Translations under genes and position numbers: made by a program | Part shown: positions 63,165 through 64,000 of the stretch, in pieces | Numbering within the stretch: position 1 is the first letter of the stretch | Layout of the letters: each line of letters starts with the position of its first letter | Assembly: GCF_018350175.1 (NCBI RefSeq) | Contig: NC_058373.1 | Location: 104,720,001 to 104,784,000, forward strand | DNA length: 64,000 nucleotides | Direction: 5' to 3' | DNA from: Felis catus | Lineage: Eukaryota | The notes under the pieces: model-generated | The model's input: only the letters and a program-made list of their open reading frames with translations | Databases searched by the model: none | Told to the model about the DNA's origin: nothing

Positions 63165-64000
63165 TCGTTGTTGTTTTCAATTAAAGTTTCTATATTGAAA
63201 CGATTATAGATGCACATGTAGTTGCAAAAAATAAAACTGAAAGGTCTCCTGTATTCTTTACTCAGTTTTCTCCACAAGGGGTAACATCTTGCAAAACTAT
63301 AGTGTAATATCAGAACCAAGGTATTGACATTGATACAGTCAAGATGAGGAACAATCCTGTCACCAAGCATCTCTCACTCTTGTCCTTTCGTAACTGCATC
63401 TACTTCCTTCCTGCCTCCATGCCCTCCTTAACCCCTGACAACCACTAATCTGTTCTTCATCTCTGCAATTTTGTCATTTCGAGAATGTTATATCAATGGA
63501 ATCACATAATATGTAAACTTTTGAGATTGGCTTTTTTCACTTAGCATAATTTTCTAGAGATTTATCCAGATCATTGTATATAGCAGTAGTTTGGGGCTTG
63601 GCAGGGGGGTGGGGGGGTGGGAGGGTGTTGTTGTCATCATTGTTGTTATTTGGCAAGACTAGTATTCCATTGTATGGGTGTTGCAATTTGTTTAATCATT
63701 CACCCACTGAAGGAGTAGGTTGTTTCCAACTTGGAGCTATTATGGATAAAACTGCTATAAACATTTGTGTTAGTATGAGGTGTTAGCATGAAGATAACTC
63801 TTCAGTTATTTGGGATAAATGCCCAGGAGTGCAATTGCTGGGTTGTATGACTGTTACACGTTTAGTTTTCTAGGAAACTATCAAACTGTTTTCCAGAGTA
63901 GCTCCATCATTTTATATTCCTACCAGCAATTTAGGAGTGATCCAGTTGCTCCAAAGCCTCACCAGCATTCAGTATTGTTGATAGTTTTTTTATTTTAGCA
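63165..64000 (-). mobile_element. Old LINE-1 (L1MB/MC-like) 3' region, runs off the window
   Basis: gtaacatcttgcaaaactatagtgtaatatc, caaccactaatctgttct, tttgggataaatgcccaggagtgcaattgctggg. Confidence 0.85.

Noticed and set aside
1..64000. CRISPR arrays, operons, rRNA, or a novel multi-gene system
   Set aside because: This is mammalian intronic and intergenic DNA. The dispersed repeats are retroposons with TSDs, not regularly spaced repeat-spacer arrays, and only one coding exon is supported.

Overview
Mammalian genomic DNA, almost certainly from a cat or other felid: it carries about 30 tRNA-derived carnivore SINEs of the SINEC_Fc type and a felid-like L1 3' end. The only supportable gene feature is the first coding exon of SLC35F4 on the minus strand (ATG at 11655, 103 coding nt, GT donor at 11552), inside a CpG island at about 10720-12300. 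Bases 1-11552 are therefore the start of SLC35F4 intron 1, and 12.3-64 kb is upstream, repeat-rich non-coding DNA (SINEC, MIR, L1, L2, MaLR/ERVL/ERV1 solo LTRs, microsatellites). Almost all ORFs in the supplied track are artefacts of SINEs, microsatellites or GC-rich sequence. I found no convincing novel multi-gene system. The best leads are regulatory: an overlapping uORF and triplet repeats in the SLC35F4 leader, a conserved Tyr-rich N-terminal motif, candidate RE1/CTCF/RFX/E-box elements, a young CpG-rich solo LTR with intact promoter signals, inverted young SINEs in the intron, and tail-less SINE insertions. Repeat family names are from recall of consensus sequences, not from a search, and boundaries of old repeats are approximate.
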